Of a stretch of 43,847 bases of DNA, positions 28,601 to 36,538 are shown piece after piece (the first letter of the stretch is position 1; each line of letters begins with the position of its first letter). The notes under the pieces are model-generated. The model searched no databases. It was not told where the DNA came from and saw only the letters and a list, made by a program, of their open reading frames with translations. The DNA is taken from contig JAHIRU010000009.1 of the NCBI GenBank assembly GCA_018818465.1, positions 1 to 43,847 of the forward strand. The letters run 5' to 3'. Source of the DNA: Nanobdellota archaeon (GTDB lineage: Archaea; Aenigmatarchaeota; Aenigmatarchaeia; QMZP01). The translations under genes and the position numbers were made by a program.

Positions 28601-31600
28601 TGTTGAACACTATTATATGAGTCCTGTTTCCGTATTCGCCTTCGCCCCAGTTTGATTCATAATAAGGCATGTTTTTTAGGTTGAAAGCATCATCTGTTCC
28701 GTCAAAATAAGTTCCATAGCCGTCTATCGAGGAAGCCAATGCAGGAAGTCCTACATATGTCGTGCTTCCAGAGCCTACATGCCTTGCATTGGTTGTTGAA
28801 TCCCATGAAAAGTATGAACCAGTTGGCGGAACTGCTGTAAAGTTCATGTGATAAACAAGACCGTAATTCTTTTTCCATGTGTTTTGTGCTGATGAAATAT
28901 CATACTGTGCACTTGCACCCGAGTAACCATAGTATGCGTAAATTGTTGTGTTTGCTGTGCTGTCAAGCAGGTCTAATTTTATCCAGAAAACCCCTGCAGG
29001 TATGCTTGAGTCATATAATTCCAGTTCTCCTGTTGTTATTTTTGTCTGACCGTCACTTTTTGTGAAGACAATGTCTGTGCCGTTAGCAAGTGCGTTTGTG
29101 AATACAGGGCTTCCTGGTGGGAAAGCAATCCTTATAGCATAATTACTCTCGTTTTTATATACATAAGTGCTGTCAATCTCTATTGGAACTCTATATGGCC
29201 ATCTCTGATCATACCAACTAGTCTGGCCAGCTATTATATATCTGTCTCCTACGCTTGGAGTGCCTGGTGGAGCGTTTAAATCCTTGTCCAATATAGGAAG
29301 CTTCCATGTACCGTTCAGTTGTGATGCTATTGCAGAACCAAGATATTCAAAAGCTCTTTCTGCATTTTCACTTAGCGTTGGGAAGAAATTTGCAGCATCT
29401 TTTAAGGTGACGTTTGATGCTGACAAGTTGCCTGTTATGTTGCCTAAAACAAGAAGGTTTTCATTAATTGTAACTGTATCGAATGTGGCTGTCACGCTTC
29501 TTACAATATCAGTCCATATCTTGCCAAACCATTCAGTTTGGTTGCCTAGCCAGTAGGTTTTGTTTGCGTTGACTGTTATGTTGCCTCTTAGGTCATCACC
29601 AGTTTCGTTGAGCCAATCGTCAGCAACGCCCGAATAAGATGATGATGAACCTGTTTCAACAGTTCCGTTAGACCATATCACAACGCCAGTTGGTACAGAG
29701 TAATTTCCATCAACATTGATTGTTCCGTTAGGGTACAAGTAAATATGTGCAGAAATGTTAAGTTCTCCTGTCATGTAGTCGCCAGTTGTGTTAACATAAC
29801 TATCTGTTGCACCGCCATAAATAGTATCGCTGTCAGTTGTTTCAACTGTGCCGTTAGACCATATGACAACAGTAGTCGGCACTGACAAATTACCGTCCAT
29901 TAAAATTGTTCCGTTTGGATACAGGTATATTTTATTGGATATATTGAGTTCTCCAGTCATTGTATCGCCTGTTTCATTGACCCAATCATCAGCTACGCCG
30001 CCGTAAACAGTATCGCTGTCAATTACTTCCACTGTGCCGTTAGACCAAATAACAAAGTCTGTACCAACTGTAAAGTTACCTGTTGTTTTTAGGTTAGCAG
30101 ATACATTCAGGTCACCAGTCATCACATCTCCTGATACATTAACGTAAGTATCACCAGTTGTGACAAATCCTGGTACACTGCTAATGTTGCCCCAAGCAAG
30201 TCTTGTCAAGAATCCGTTTATCCAGTTACCATTCATTGTAAGGTTACCTGTCATTGTGTCACCAGATTCATTTACCCAACTATCTGCTACGCCGCCGTAT
30301 ACGGTGTCACTGTCAATTACTTCCACAGTACCGTTAGACCAGATAACTACGCCAGTTGGGACAGACAAATTGCCATCCAAGTTGATTGTCCCGTTTGGAT
30401 ATAGGTATATTTTGCCTGATATATTGAGTTCACCTGTCATATAATCTCCGGTTTCGTTGACCCAACTGTCTGCTATGCCAGTGTAAATTGTATCATTATC
30501 AGCTACACAATGCAGTTCATCATTATCAAATCCTCTTACATAGTAACCCTCTGAACAATTAGCTGGGAAAGATGTTACATTACCCCAGGTTAAAGTTCCT
30601 ACAAAATAGTCAGCATATATATTTTTCCATTCTGCTGTAGGGCTACCTATGTCAAAAGTGCTTGTCAATTCTGGAAGAAATGTACCATTAAGATATTGGT
30701 TAGTTACAGTTGCATTTATGAAATCTCCTATTACTGTGAGATTGCCTTGTATTATTAAATCTCCAGTCATTGTGTCGCCTGTTATGTTGACCCAATCATC
30801 AGCTACGCCACCATAAATTGTGTCGCTATCCACAACTTCAACAGTACCATTGGACCAAATAACTACGCCAGTTGGGACAGACAAATTGCCATCCAAGTTG
30901 ATTGTCCCGTTTGGATATAGGTATATTTTGCCTGATATATTGAGTTCACCTGTCATATAATCTCCGGTTTCGTTAATCCAATCATCAGCTACTCCACCGT
31001 ATATTGTGTCACTATCAATTACTTCCACTGTACCGTTAGACCAGATAACAACATCACCGCCTGATGCAGTAACATTGCCAACTGTCATTGTATCGAATAT
31101 AGCATTGACTGCACGGATAGTGTCTGTCAGTATCTTGCCCCACCAAACACTGTCTGAACCAATCCAGTAAGTTGCATTAGCATCTAGGCTTGTCATGTTG
31201 TCGCCTGTAGTGTTAACGAATGTATCTGTTAGTCCACCGTAAATTGTGTCGCTGTCAATAACTTCTACTGTGCCGTTAGACCATATGACAACTCCGCTAG
31301 GAACAGAATAGTTGCCGTCAACGTTGATTGTTCCATTTGGATAAAGATAGATCTTCCCAGATATGTTAAGCTCGCCTGTCATGTAGTCTCCTGTTTCGTT
31401 AACCCAGTTATCTGCTACACCGCTATATGTTGTTCCTGCAGCTGTTTCAACTGTTCCGTTAGACCAGATGACAACATCACCGCTGAATACCGAGAAGTTA
31501 CCACCCATGCTGATTGAACCGTTAGCATAGAGCCATAATGCATCGCTGATGTTCAGTGAACCAGTCATTGTGTCGCCTGTTGTGTTGACCCAATTATCCG

Positions 31601-33170
31601 CTACGCCACCGTAAATAGTGTCATTATCAGCTACACAATGCAGTTCATCATTATCAAATCCTCTTACATAGTAACCCTCTGAACAATTGACTGGGAAGCT
31701 TGTTATATTACCCCATGTTAAAGCTCCTACAAAATAGTCAGCATATATATTTTTCCATTCTGCTGTAGGGCTACCTATGTCAAAAGTGCTTGTCAATTCT
31801 GGAAGAAATGTACCATTAAGATATTGGTTAGCTACAGTTGCATTTATGTAATCTCCTATTACTGTGAGATTGCCTTGTATTATTAAATCTCCTGTCATTG
31901 TGTCGCCTGTTATGTTAACCCAATCATCAGCTACGCCACCATATATTGTGTCACTATCCACTACCTCAACTGTGCCGTTAGACCATATAACTACGCCAGT
32001 TGGTACTCTGTAATCACCATCAACAAGGATTGTACCGTTCGGATACAAGTAAATCTTACTTGATATGTTCAACTCACCGGTCATGGTATCACCAGTTATA
32101 TTGACCCAACTATCAACTACGCCTCCATAAATTGTGTCACTATCAGTTGTTTCAATTGTGCCGTTGGACCAGATAACCACAGTTGTAGGTACAGATATGT
32201 TGCCGTCAACATTAATCGAACCGTTAGGGTATAGGTAAATATTGCCAGAAATATTCAATTCTCCAGTCATATAATCTCCGGTTTCATTGACCCAGTCATC
32301 AGCTATGCCACCATAAGAACTAGTAGCATCTGTTTCAACTGTTCCGTTACTCCATATCACAACTGCACCACCAAACACTGAGAAGTTGCCACCCATGCTG
32401 ATTGAACCGTTAGCATACAGCCACAACGCATCGGATATGTTTAATGAACCAGTCATTGTATCGCCTGTTGTGTTTATCCAGTTATCAGCTACACCACCAT
32501 AGAACTGAGTTGTTTCAATTGTGCCGTTGGACCAAATAACAGTGTCACCGCTAGGGATTGTAACATTGCCAACTCCTATGGAATCGAATAAGCCACTAAC
32601 ACCTCTGAAAATGTCGCTGTAAATTTTGCCGAACCACTCTGTTTCATTGCCTAGCCAGTATGTCTTGTTAGCATTGACAGTTAGGTTGCCTGCTAGATCA
32701 TCACCAGCGACTGCAACAAAATAACTGGAGTCTTTTCCGTCAAGCAAATCGGTGTTGTTCGTATAGAACGAATAAGCAGATGTTGTTACTCTTCTTCTTG
32801 GTGTCATTTCAGAATTGTCATTAACTTGTATGCTTAACCAATAATTTTGAGTAAAGTTTAAATCAATTGTTGTGTTGGTTCCCAAAACAATATGCCATAC
32901 ACCGTTTGTTACAGAAACGTTTAGATGGCCTTCATCCCAAATGTCTGTTCCCCCGGTTTCAGCTGTGTATATTCTGAATGTAAAATTATGTGTTCCGTTT
33001 ATTGTGTTACCTGATGTAGAATTAACAAGCCTGCCTTGCTGTGTTATGTAAGCTGGTACAGCAGATACAATTACAGGAACAATTAAGAATGACAAAAAAA
33101 CTGAAACGATAAAAATTCTTCTAAAAGAATCCTTTAAAGAATTCATGAATATTATATAGTTACCTAACAT
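25614..33170 (-). CDS. giant (2518 aa) repetitive secreted/surface protein with tail-fibre-like repeat arrays flanking a DUF2341/LamG-like core
   Basis: N-terminal anchor/signal IFIVSVFLSFLIVPVIVSA. 17 copies of VVIWSNGT(V/I)E and about 23 copies of (T/S)GDxMTGxLN. Central WPYRVPIEID...GTDIVFT...ELELYD...VFWIKL...TIYAYYGY (DUF2341-like) followed by a ConA/LamG-like block (about 29201-28130). Dense N-x-S/T sequons. An alternative ATG is at 33146. Confidence 0.9.
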   Translation of the reverse strand: MLGNYIIFMNSLKDSFRRIFIVSVFLSFLIVPVIVSAVPAYITQQGRLVNSTSGNTINGTHNFTFRIYTAETGGTDIWDEGHLNVSVTNGVWHIVLGTNTTIDLNFTQNYWLSIQVNDNSEMTPRRRVTTSAYSFYTNNTDLLDGKDSSYFVAVAGDDLAGNLTVNANKTYWLGNETEWFGKIYSDIFRGVSGLFDSIGVGNVTIPSGDTVIWSNGTIETTQFYGGVADNWINTTGDTMTGSLNISDALWLYANGSISMGGNFSVFGGAVVIWSNGTVETDATSSYGGIADDWVNETGDYMTGELNISGNIYLYPNGSINVDGNISVPTTVVIWSNGTIETTDSDTIYGGVVDSWVNITGDTMTGELNISSKIYLYPNGTILVDGDYRVPTGVVIWSNGTVEVVDSDTIYGGVADDWVNITGDTMTGDLIIQGNLTVIGDYINATVANQYLNGTFLPELTSTFDIGSPTAEWKNIYADYFVGALTWGNITSFPVNCSEGYYVRGFDNDELHCVADNDTIYGGVADNWVNTTGDTMTGSLNISDALWLYANGSISMGGNFSVFSGDVVIWSNGTVETAAGTTYSGVADNWVNETGDYMTGELNISGKIYLYPNGTINVDGNYSVPSGVVIWSNGTVEVIDSDTIYGGLTDTFVNTTGDNMTSLDANATYWIGSDSVWWGKILTDTIRAVNAIFDTMTVGNVTASGGDVVIWSNGTVEVIDSDTIYGGVADDWINETGDYMTGELNISGKIYLYPNGTINLDGNLSVPTGVVIWSNGTVEVVDSDTIYGGVADDWVNITGDTMTGDLIIQGNLTVIGDFINATVTNQYLNGTFLPELTSTFDIGSPTAEWKNIYADYFVGTLTWGNVTSFPANCSEGYYVRGFDNDELHCVADNDTIYTGIADSWVNETGDYMTGELNISGKIYLYPNGTINLDGNLSVPTGVVIWSNGTVEVIDSDTVYGGVADSWVNESGDTMTGNLTMNGNWINGFLTRLAWGNISSVPGFVTTGDTYVNVSGDVMTGDLNVSANLKTTGNFTVGTDFVIWSNGTVEVIDSDTVYGGVADDWVNETGDTMTGELNISNKIYLYPNGTILMDGNLSVPTTVVIWSNGTVETTDSDTIYGGATDSYVNTTGDYMTGELNISAHIYLYPNGTINVDGNYSVPTGVVIWSNGTVETGSSSSYSGVADDWLNETGDDLRGNITVNANKTYWLGNQTEWFGKIWTDIVRSVTATFDTVTINENLLVLGNITGNLSASNVTLKDAANFFPTLSENAERAFEYLGSAIASQLNGTWKLPILDKDLNAPPGTPSVGDRYIIAGQTSWYDQRWPYRVPIEIDSTYVYKNESNYAIRIAFPPGSPVFTNALANGTDIVFTKSDGQTKITTGELELYDSSIPAGVFWIKLDLLDSTANTTIYAYYGYSGASAQYDISSAQNTWKKNYGLVYHMNFTAVPPTGSYFSWDSTTNARHVGSGSTTYVGLPALASSIDGYGTYFDGTDDAFNLKNMPYYESNWGEGEYGNRTHIIVFNTSADITTRQFIASEGGTVNGWDCYIENSNITCGAWAISNGFSGKWFTIPIEANHDNYVVTTVFRCDDTDRNEICETSTNDQYNNFTMYLNGTLVGTAEHSDSLGTEVGMNAHSGDGGIGYTGKNDKLLLGGGKSSASTHFFGGTIREFQIIDIALDLNAHKTFETMFNDTSFMSISSEQSQSSGATGAWAGHENNITEYNSSGDWDMRSAQSGWTVFVKDESLIYAYDATVDAWIIASLIGSHRTLTDLNGCDPITNICWHFANQDDHDAATRYATNDQGGLMPAGYTTEIGLNTLYRITEWLTDEQFLNGTLEDGILNITLRHWLLVNATGDIMTGDLNVSANLKTTGNFTVGTDFVIWSNGTIETGATASYGGVADDWVNVTGDTMTGNLTMNGNWINGFLTRLAWGNISSVPGFITTGDTYVNASGDAMTGDLNITGGALLVNNGLNVSGDFFVNDTGGIQLILYKGCSLETVAGGNIVCGTDADTIYSGVADDWVNETGDYMTGELNISGKIYLYPNGSINVDGNYSVPTGVVIWSNGTVEVVDSDTIYGGLTDTFVNTTGDNMTSLDANKTYWIGSDSVWWGKILTDAIRAVNAIFDTMTVGNVTASGGDVVIWSNGTIETGSSSSYTGVADNWVNTTGDTMTGSLNISDVLWLYANGSISMGGNFSVFGGDVVIWSNGTIETGSSGGSYAGVVDTFVNTTGDNMTSLDANKTYWIGSDSVWWGKIYSDIFRGISGIFDNLEIVNNRFYAYSNGTINVDANYSVASGDVVIWSNGTVETGSSGGSYAGVADSWVNETGDTMTGNLTMSSDTRIRGGFTTIATYDRVSAADDDKLITQRSFADETLYPVIANQPDVPRDITVTVISGIDQTTGDVNISGLDADGRWIFEVITVDVTATTTAYNTSYAFSNVTKIVSNYIGGISPQYYVGIGNKLGLSNRPLSATGDVFKLTINSLPIAIPTVDAQKATVDFGSVNPPVGTTTYRFWYRYGR
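30345..30974. repeat. exact 114-nt direct repeat inside the giant gene
   Basis: 30345-30458 and 30861-30974 are identical (aactacgccagttgggacagacaaattgcc...ataatctccggtttcgtt), offset 516 nt = 172 codons. Confidence 0.9.
30493..31963. repeat. about 340-nt near-identical direct repeat inside the giant gene
   Basis: 30493-about 30835 and 31621-about 31963 differ at only a handful of positions, offset 1128 nt = 376 codons. A further about 193-nt pair (26759-26951 vs 31055-31247) is roughly 90% identical. Confidence 0.85.
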
Positions 33171-33238
33171 ATAAAATTTAGTTAACTTAGTGACAACTAA
33201 CCAATTATTTTATTACTCTGTAACTTCAAAATAAAGTT

Positions 33239-34948
33239 ATGAATGCAAATAAAAAATTACAAAGCGAAGTTTTGAAACTTTTACAAAAGCATGTTTCAAA
33301 AAAACAAGCAGAAGAACTTTTAGAAAAACCGCCAGAAGAAATTGGTGCAGATTTGGCTTTGCCTTGCTTCGCTTTTGCAAAAAAATACAGAAAAAACCCT
33401 GCAGAAATAGCAAAAGATATTGCATCAAAACTAAATCCTTCTGGTTTAATCAGAGAAGTAAGACCTGTTGGCCCTTATGTAAATTTTTATGCAGATTCTG
33501 AAAAAATCGCTTCCATGGTATTGAAGGATGTACTGAAAGAAAGGAACGCTTACGGGAAATCGAAAACAGGAAAAGGAAAGAGGTTGATGGTAGAATACGT
33601 ACAGACAAATCCCTACAAAGCCTTTCACATAGGACACGTCAGAAACATAGCACTTGGAGAATCTTTATGCCGTGTTTTAGAATCAACTGGAAATAAAATT
33701 ATAAGAGCGAATTACCAGGGCGATATAGGTCCGCATGTAGCAAAAGCTCTTTGGGGGTTGATAAACATCTACAATTCAAAACCACCTAAAGACGTCGACA
33801 AGGGTTTGTGGATAGGAGAAGTTTATAGAGAATCAAATGAAAAGGCATCTCTAAACCAAAAAGTTGCTGAGGAAATTGATGAAATAAATAAAAAACTTTA
33901 TGATGGTGACAAGAAATTATTACCACTTTGGAAAAAAGGAAAAAAATGGAGTCTTGATTATTTTGATAAAATTTACAAAGACTTTGGCGCAAACTTTGAC
34001 AGGCTTTATATGGAATCTGAGGTTGAAAAACCTGGCAGAAAGATAGTTAAAGAATTGCATAAAAAAGGCATAGCAGAAATAAGCGAAGGCGCTATGATAG
34101 TAGACCTGAAAAAATACAATTTACCAGTCTTTCTTGTTTTAAGAAGAGATGGCATAGCACTCTATTCAACAAAGGATCTAGCACTGGCTGAGATGCAGGA
34201 AAAGGAATACCATCCAGACAAAATAATACACGTTGTTGGATCTGAGCAGAAGCTTCATTTCCAGCAACTGATAAAAACTATTGGAATTTACAACAAAAAA
34301 CTTGCTGACAAGGAATACCATCTTTCCTATGAACTAGTTATTCTTCCTTCAGGCAAGATGAAATCTCGTGAAGGAAAAGTCATATTGTATGGCGATCTCA
34401 AAAGAAAAATGTACGCTCTTGCTTTGAAAGCTACGAAGGAAAAGAACCCTTCTTTGCCTGTTGCGCAGCACAAAAAAATAGCCGAGCAGGTTGCATTAGG
34501 TGCAATAAAATATAATATGATTATGCAATCGCCTGAAAAGGTTATAGTTTTTGATTGGAACCAAGCATTGGATTTCCAGGGAAACAGCGCACCATACGTT
34601 CAGTATACGCATGCAAGGGCTTGCTCTATTTTAAAAAAGGCTAAAGTAAAAACAATTAAAGATTTTGATCCATCCCTTTTAGTAGACAAAAAGGAAATAA
34701 AACTCATAAAAACGATATCAGAATTTCCACAGGTCGTTGAAAACGCCGCAAAAGATTACAGACCTCATTATATTGCCAGCTATGTTCACAATCTCGCATC
34801 CATATTTAATGAATTCTATCAAACTCTACCGGTTTTAAAAGCAGACAAGAATACAGCGGCAGCAAGGCTAGCTTTGGTAAAAGCAACACAAATAACATTG
34901 AAGAACGCTTTGCAATTGCTTGGCATTGAAGCTCCTGAAAAGATGTAG
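33239..34948 (+). CDS. argS: arginyl-tRNA synthetase
   Basis: NPYKAFHIGHVRN (HIGH), SGKMKSREGKV (KMSK-like), GAIKYNM, APYVQYTHARACSIL. Confidence 0.93.
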   Translation: MNANKKLQSEVLKLLQKHVSKKQAEELLEKPPEEIGADLALPCFAFAKKYRKNPAEIAKDIASKLNPSGLIREVRPVGPYVNFYADSEKIASMVLKDVLKERNAYGKSKTGKGKRLMVEYVQTNPYKAFHIGHVRNIALGESLCRVLESTGNKIIRANYQGDIGPHVAKALWGLINIYNSKPPKDVDKGLWIGEVYRESNEKASLNQKVAEEIDEINKKLYDGDKKLLPLWKKGKKWSLDYFDKIYKDFGANFDRLYMESEVEKPGRKIVKELHKKGIAEISEGAMIVDLKKYNLPVFLVLRRDGIALYSTKDLALAEMQEKEYHPDKIIHVVGSEQKLHFQQLIKTIGIYNKKLADKEYHLSYELVILPSGKMKSREGKVILYGDLKRKMYALALKATKEKNPSLPVAQHKKIAEQVALGAIKYNMIMQSPEKVIVFDWNQALDFQGNSAPYVQYTHARACSILKKAKVKTIKDFDPSLLVDKKEIKLIKTISEFPQVVENAAKDYRPHYIASYVHNLASIFNEFYQTLPVLKADKNTAAARLALVKATQITLKNALQLLGIEAPEKM

Positions 34949-35251
34949 CTATTTTTTAGTGTACTTCTTGAACCATTTCAGTATAGTCCAGCGAGAAACC
35001 TTAACATCATAACGATGTTTCATTTCATGCTGCACTTCAGAAAGAGACAGGCCTTTACCATAAAGGTTGACGCCTTTCATAATTGTATCCTTTTTGAATC
35101 GCATCCTAAGGAAATTGTCATTGGGTGTATACTTACGATTGCATTTTTTGCATAGTCTTAGATGTCTTTTTGTTGCTTCATTGTATCTGTAGCCACGCCA
35201 TACTGTACGCGTGCTACTGCAGTAAGGACACTTGTCAATTTTGTCTACCAT
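34949..35251 (-). CDS. solo InsA-like Zn-ribbon + HTH protein (IS1-type transposase N-terminal module)
   Basis: CPYCSS...x20...CKKCNRKYT zinc ribbon followed by the HTH GLSLSEVQHEMKHRYDVKVSRWTILKWFKKY. No catalytic transposase ORF follows. Its stop codon is back-to-back with the argS stop (TAGCTA). Confidence 0.6.
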   Translation of the reverse strand: MVDKIDKCPYCSSTRTVWRGYRYNEATKRHLRLCKKCNRKYTPNDNFLRMRFKKDTIMKGVNLYGKGLSLSEVQHEMKHRYDVKVSRWTILKWFKKYTKK

Positions 35252-35569
35252 GTTAATATTTAACTAATAGGGATATAAATAACTTTTTATCCCTTATAAT
35301 TGACAATTATAAAGGAACCGTCCGAATAAGTGCGATAACTTGTTGGACGGTTTAAGTAAACTCTAGTGAGTTTTTAACTCAACCATTGTTGAGCAAGTAA
35401 AAGAAACAATATGTATGGAGCAGGGTGTGCTCCAATATAAGAAAGAAGTCTTTTACCTCCCGAAGTTTATTTAATTCAATATTAATCCCCATTCCTTGAT
35501 GAGGCATATGCTGATAAGACCTTGAAATAACTTTTAAATGTTTGCCACTTTGTTCACTCTTAATGCAGT

Positions 35570-35613
35570 TAATAGAACCCGACACTTGATAAACTAAGCT
35601 AATAGAACCCGAC
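35570..35613. repeat. two copies of a 14-nt direct repeat, 30-nt period
   Basis: TAATAGAACCCGAC at 35570-35583 and 35600-35613. Confidence 0.8.
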
Positions 35614-36129
35614 GTTTACTATGTAAATCATCGGACAGGTACCTCCTGAAAATAGGAATTAGTAAATTTATTCACATAAGAAGTACATAAATATTAATTG
35701 TTTTTAGAAAAACCAGCAGCCCTAGTCACAGACAGTTTCATAACTAAATGTACAATCGCCTAGCTAGGCGTAAGAATACTGCAAGCAGATTCCCTATGTT
35801 ATTAGTTTTTGTTAGAAATGTCTATTTATTGACCAGGGCGCTGGAGTACCAATCAAAAACAGACATCATTGATTGATGTCCGAGCGAGGCCAAAAAAACC
35901 ATTTCAATTTCCATTCCTAACAAATAGCTCTGTTTGTTAAGAAAAGAGATCAGAAACGGTAACTGATGTAATTTCCATATATATTGAGCATAAAATTCAA
36001 AATTAAAAAAAACCACCACCTTGACTTTTTATTTTAAGGAGGTGTTTAAAAAATCTCAAACATGTTTCAGTAAATTATATATCTCTACATATCTCATTTG
36101 CTTGTCAAGGTGGTGTCAATCCGAATCTG

Positions 36130-36187
36130 CAAAAAATAAGTAGCCGTTTCATCCAGAATGGAAAGCTTGTTTTTTCGAAACGGCTAC
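36130..36187 (-). terminator. strong hairpin plus T-tract about 350 nt downstream of the ATPase stop
   Basis: GTAGCCGTTTC (36140-36150) / GAAACGGCTAC (36177-36187) form a perfect 11-bp stem. On the minus strand it is followed by TTATTTTTTG. Confidence 0.6.
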
Positions 36188-36538
36188 ACAAAAGTGTTAC
36201 TCGATCCTCAGGTCGGTCGGGTAAATTGAATAAAACTGATGTGCCCCTGTGTGGAGCATTACGTTGTGAACGATGACGAATTGTTTCGCCGAGTGACTGT
36301 GCCTTAGACAGGCAATACACAACTGCATGATAAAAAACAAATACTACTTTATCAAAAGTTGTCTTTGTTGACCTTTCTCGATCATTTTAATTTCCATAGC
36401 TTATGCTAATGGAAATAATTTCGATATAGATATAGAATAGCATGAAACTAACCCATTGAAACGGGTAACATAACTAAACATGATTATTATTTGTTTGATC
36501 AATTATTTAAAAGTTGTTTGTTTTTAAGAATTTTGGAT

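Noticed and set aside
35570-35613. Possible mini-CRISPR array
   Set aside because: There are only two copies of a 14-nt repeat with a 16-nt spacer. This is far shorter than CRISPR repeats and spacers, and no cas genes are in the window.
35379-36320. Track ORFs 35379..35585, 35822..36019 and 36105..36320 in the non-coding stretch
   Set aside because: They use non-ATG or SD-less starts and are Cys/His/Arg/Phe-rich, unlike the K/E/I/N-rich proteins of this genome. They overlap strong RNA hairpins and were treated as non-coding.
35906-36416. AATTTCCAT repeats as archaeal ORB/origin boxes
   Set aside because: No Orc1/Cdc6 gene is adjacent, the word also occurs inside ileS, and similarity to the ORB consensus is limited to TTCCA. 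It is kept only as a low-weight note in a finding.
35252-36538. Known large ncRNAs (RNase P RNA, SRP RNA, 5S rRNA, group II intron)
   Set aside because: I could not find GAGGAAAGTCC-type RNase P CR-I, SRP helix-8 motifs, the 5S consensus, or a 34-nt domain V with a GNRA loop on either strand. A covariance-model scan is still needed.
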